Part shown: positions 62,479 through 64,000 of the stretch, piece after piece
Position numbering within the stretch: the stretch's first letter is position 1
Layout: each line of letters begins with the position of its first letter
Origin: Candidatus Peribacteria bacterium
GTDB lineage: Bacteria > Patescibacteriota > Gracilibacteria > Peribacterales > Peribacteraceae
Length of the DNA: 64,000 bases
Direction of reading: 5' to 3'
Assembly: GCA_043776335.1 (NCBI GenBank)
Contig: JAYVRL010000006.1
Location: forward strand, 33,011-97,010
The notes under the pieces: model-generated
Told to the model about the DNA's origin: nothing
Databases searched by the model: none
Seen by the model: only the letters and a program-made list of their open reading frames with translations
Position numbers and translations under genes: made by a program

Positions 62479-64000
62479 CTACACGCGTGGAAATTTCAAT
62501 CGCAATGCCTTCAATTGAGCATCATTCAGGATCGTCGCCAATTCTTGATCGGAAGCTCCGATGACCGCGTCCGCTGAACGAAATTTCTTCAGAAGCTCGG
62601 CTTTCGTCCCGTCTCCGATGCCTGCGACTTCATCGAGCTTGGATGCCGTCATCACCGCAGCCAGACGCCGTTCTCTGCGATCATTGGCGAAACGGTGCGC
62701 CTCATCACGGAGTCGCTGCAATAAAAATCTCGGCTCCGATCCCTCTTTCACAAGAAGAGAAACGGGGCGGTCCGGCACGAAGATCTCCTCCTCTCTCTTT
62801 GCGAGCCCCGCGATCGGGATCGCGAGATTCAACTCTTTCAACACTTCGACTGCGGCCGAAAGCTGTCCCTTGCCGCCGTCGATGAGAATCAAATCGGGCG
62901 TCGACGTGAACGACTCGTCGGGTTTGTGATCCTTAGGCGCGAACACCATGATGATGTCGTCTGCGAAAGCTGGCACGTCATGATGTATTTCCGCGATAAG
63001 CTCAACGGACGGATTGAGCACGTGCCGAAAGCCGATCTCCGCGTAATAGTCTTCAAGCGAAGAATTCGCCCCCAGATAGACTTTGTTTTTCTTCACGCGC
63101 TTCAGAAGCATTTGAGTGATGATATGGCCTATTTTCCTCCCGCGCACAGAATCATCGGCCCACAGAGCGAACAATTCGAGATGTCCGCTGGGATGACGAT
63201 GCACGTACCCGCAGGCGATAACCTCCCTTTCTCTCCGCGCCACGATGCACTCTGCGCAGTCAATCTCAACGTTCGAACACGAGACTTCATGAATCTTGGC
63301 TAGAACTTTTTCACGATCTTCTTTCCTCGCTTTTCCGAAAGTAATCCCTTCATTTTTCCATTTTTTTTCATTGGCCTTCAGATCCTGTGTCAAATATTTT
63401 AGTCGACGACGCAACGTCTCGGCGATGGATTTGTAATCGTCGATCATGCCCTCTTTCACCGACTGCATGTTGAAGCTGCGATAATGCTCACGCTTCGGTT
63501 TGCCGTTTACCATCACGACCATGCTGCCGACCGTCGCGGTACCGCCAAGGTGGGATATGTCGTAGCCTTCGATGCGTTTCGGAGGCTGAGACAAGCCGAG
63601 AAGTTCCTGCAGTCCGAGTAACGCACCTTCCACTTTTTGTGCCTCCGCTTCCCACGCGGCGAATTGCTGATCCACTTTTTCCTGCGCATTGCGTTCGGCC
63701 ATCATCAACAACTTCGACTTCTTGCCGCGCTCGGGCACGACGATGCGCACGACCTTGCCTCTCTTTTCTTTGAGCCACGCCTCGAATGTCGCAATATCCG
63801 CGATCTCCTGTCCGACGATGATCGTCTCTGGGATATCTTGGGTATCGGCGTAATAGAGTGGAAGGAATTGTTCCAGCGCCTCAGTCGCCGACTCAGCCTC
63901 GCCCTTGAGCGGGAAGCCGACTTGTTCGATCAACTTGCCGTCGCGTTGGCGCAAGAGCATGACTTGAATCCTGCTGCCTCGCATGGCGATGCCGAAAATG
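62479..64000 (-). CDS. uvrC: excinuclease ABC subunit C (N-terminus beyond window) carrying a GNAT-like insertion
   Basis: The reading frame stays open upstream of the track's ATG to the window edge (...IFGIAMRGS...). UvrC motifs EGYDISHLGG, PDLILIDGGKGQL, RDEAHRFA and a C-terminal (HhH)2 (VAGIGDGTKAELL). Confidence 0.9.
   Translation of the reverse strand, partial: IFGIAMRGSRIQVMLLRQRDGKLIEQVGFPLKGEAESATEALEQFLPLYYADTQDIPETIIVGQEIADIATFEAWLKEKRGKVVRIVVPERGKKSKLLMMAERNAQEKVDQQFAAWEAEAQKVEGALLGLQELLGLSQPPKRIEGYDISHLGGTATVGSMVVMVNGKPKREHYRSFNMQSVKEGMIDDYKSIAETLRRRLKYLTQDLKANEKKWKNEGITFGKARKEDREKVLAKIHEVSCSNVEIDCAECIVARREREVIACGYVHRHPSGHLELFALWADDSVRGRKIGHIITQMLLKRVKKNKVYLGANSSLEDYYAEIGFRHVLNPSVELIAEIHHDVPAFADDIIMVFAPKDHKPDESFTSTPDLILIDGGKGQLSAAVEVLKELNLAIPIAGLAKREEEIFVPDRPVSLLVKEGSEPRFLLQRLRDEAHRFANDRRERRLAAVMTASKLDEVAGIGDGTKAELLKKFRSADAVIGASDQELATILNDAQLKALRLKFPRV

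Noticed and set aside
1-64000. CRISPR arrays, rRNA genes, transposases, integrases, prophage structural genes
   Set aside because: I scanned for regularly spaced direct repeats, rRNA-like conserved blocks and DDE/tyrosine-recombinase-like ORFs. None was seen. The only mobility-type signal is the tRNA-Glu direct repeat.

Overview
A 64-kb bacterial chromosomal segment, densely coding on both strands. It is GC-rich by eye except for one ~1-kb AT-rich islet. I can support about 55 protein genes, three tRNAs (Ala-UGC, Cys-GCA, Glu-UUC), several near-consensus sigma70-type promoters, intrinsic terminators and an L10-type leader. I saw no rRNA, CRISPR array, transposase or integrase. TGA is used as a stop, so the standard code 11 applies.

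The content is mostly housekeeping:
- DNA repair and recombination: ruvA, lexA plus a Y-family polymerase, pcrA/uvrD, uvrC, an rmuC-like gene, comEC.
- Translation and RNA: rplJ-rplL, rpsO-pnp, valS, rsmA.
- Secretion and folding: secF, tig.
- Central and nucleotide metabolism: pgi, trxA, pyrG-pyrD-pyrK.
- An ABC-2 exporter.
- Many secreted, lipoprotein or membrane proteins of unknown function.

The unusual items, in window order:
1. Two tandem archaeal-type PurP genes bracketed by tRNA genes.
2. A ~500-bp ORF-free, helix-rich region that looks like an unclassified structured RNA.
3. Widespread '-10 box, 6-8 nt, ATG' architecture implying leaderless mRNAs.
4. Two RelA/SpoT homologues with complementary motif decay. 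One of them is fused to a ~470-aa polytopic membrane/EamA-like module and preceded by a promoter, 10-codon ORF and terminator cassette.
5. An AT-rich islet at tRNA-Glu, bounded by a 12-nt direct repeat, whose only cargo is a trypsin-fold protease. Next to it is a P-loop NTPase gene with an apparent frameshift.
6. A pyrG-pyrD intergenic element with mutually exclusive helices and a PyrR-box-like sequence.
7. A GNAT-like ~165-aa insertion inside UvrC.

The mix of bacterial core genes with archaeal PurP, huge surface proteins and many tiny membrane proteins would fit a CPR/Patescibacteria-like organism. That is a low-confidence inference. All protein identifications are from motif recognition by eye, not from searches.
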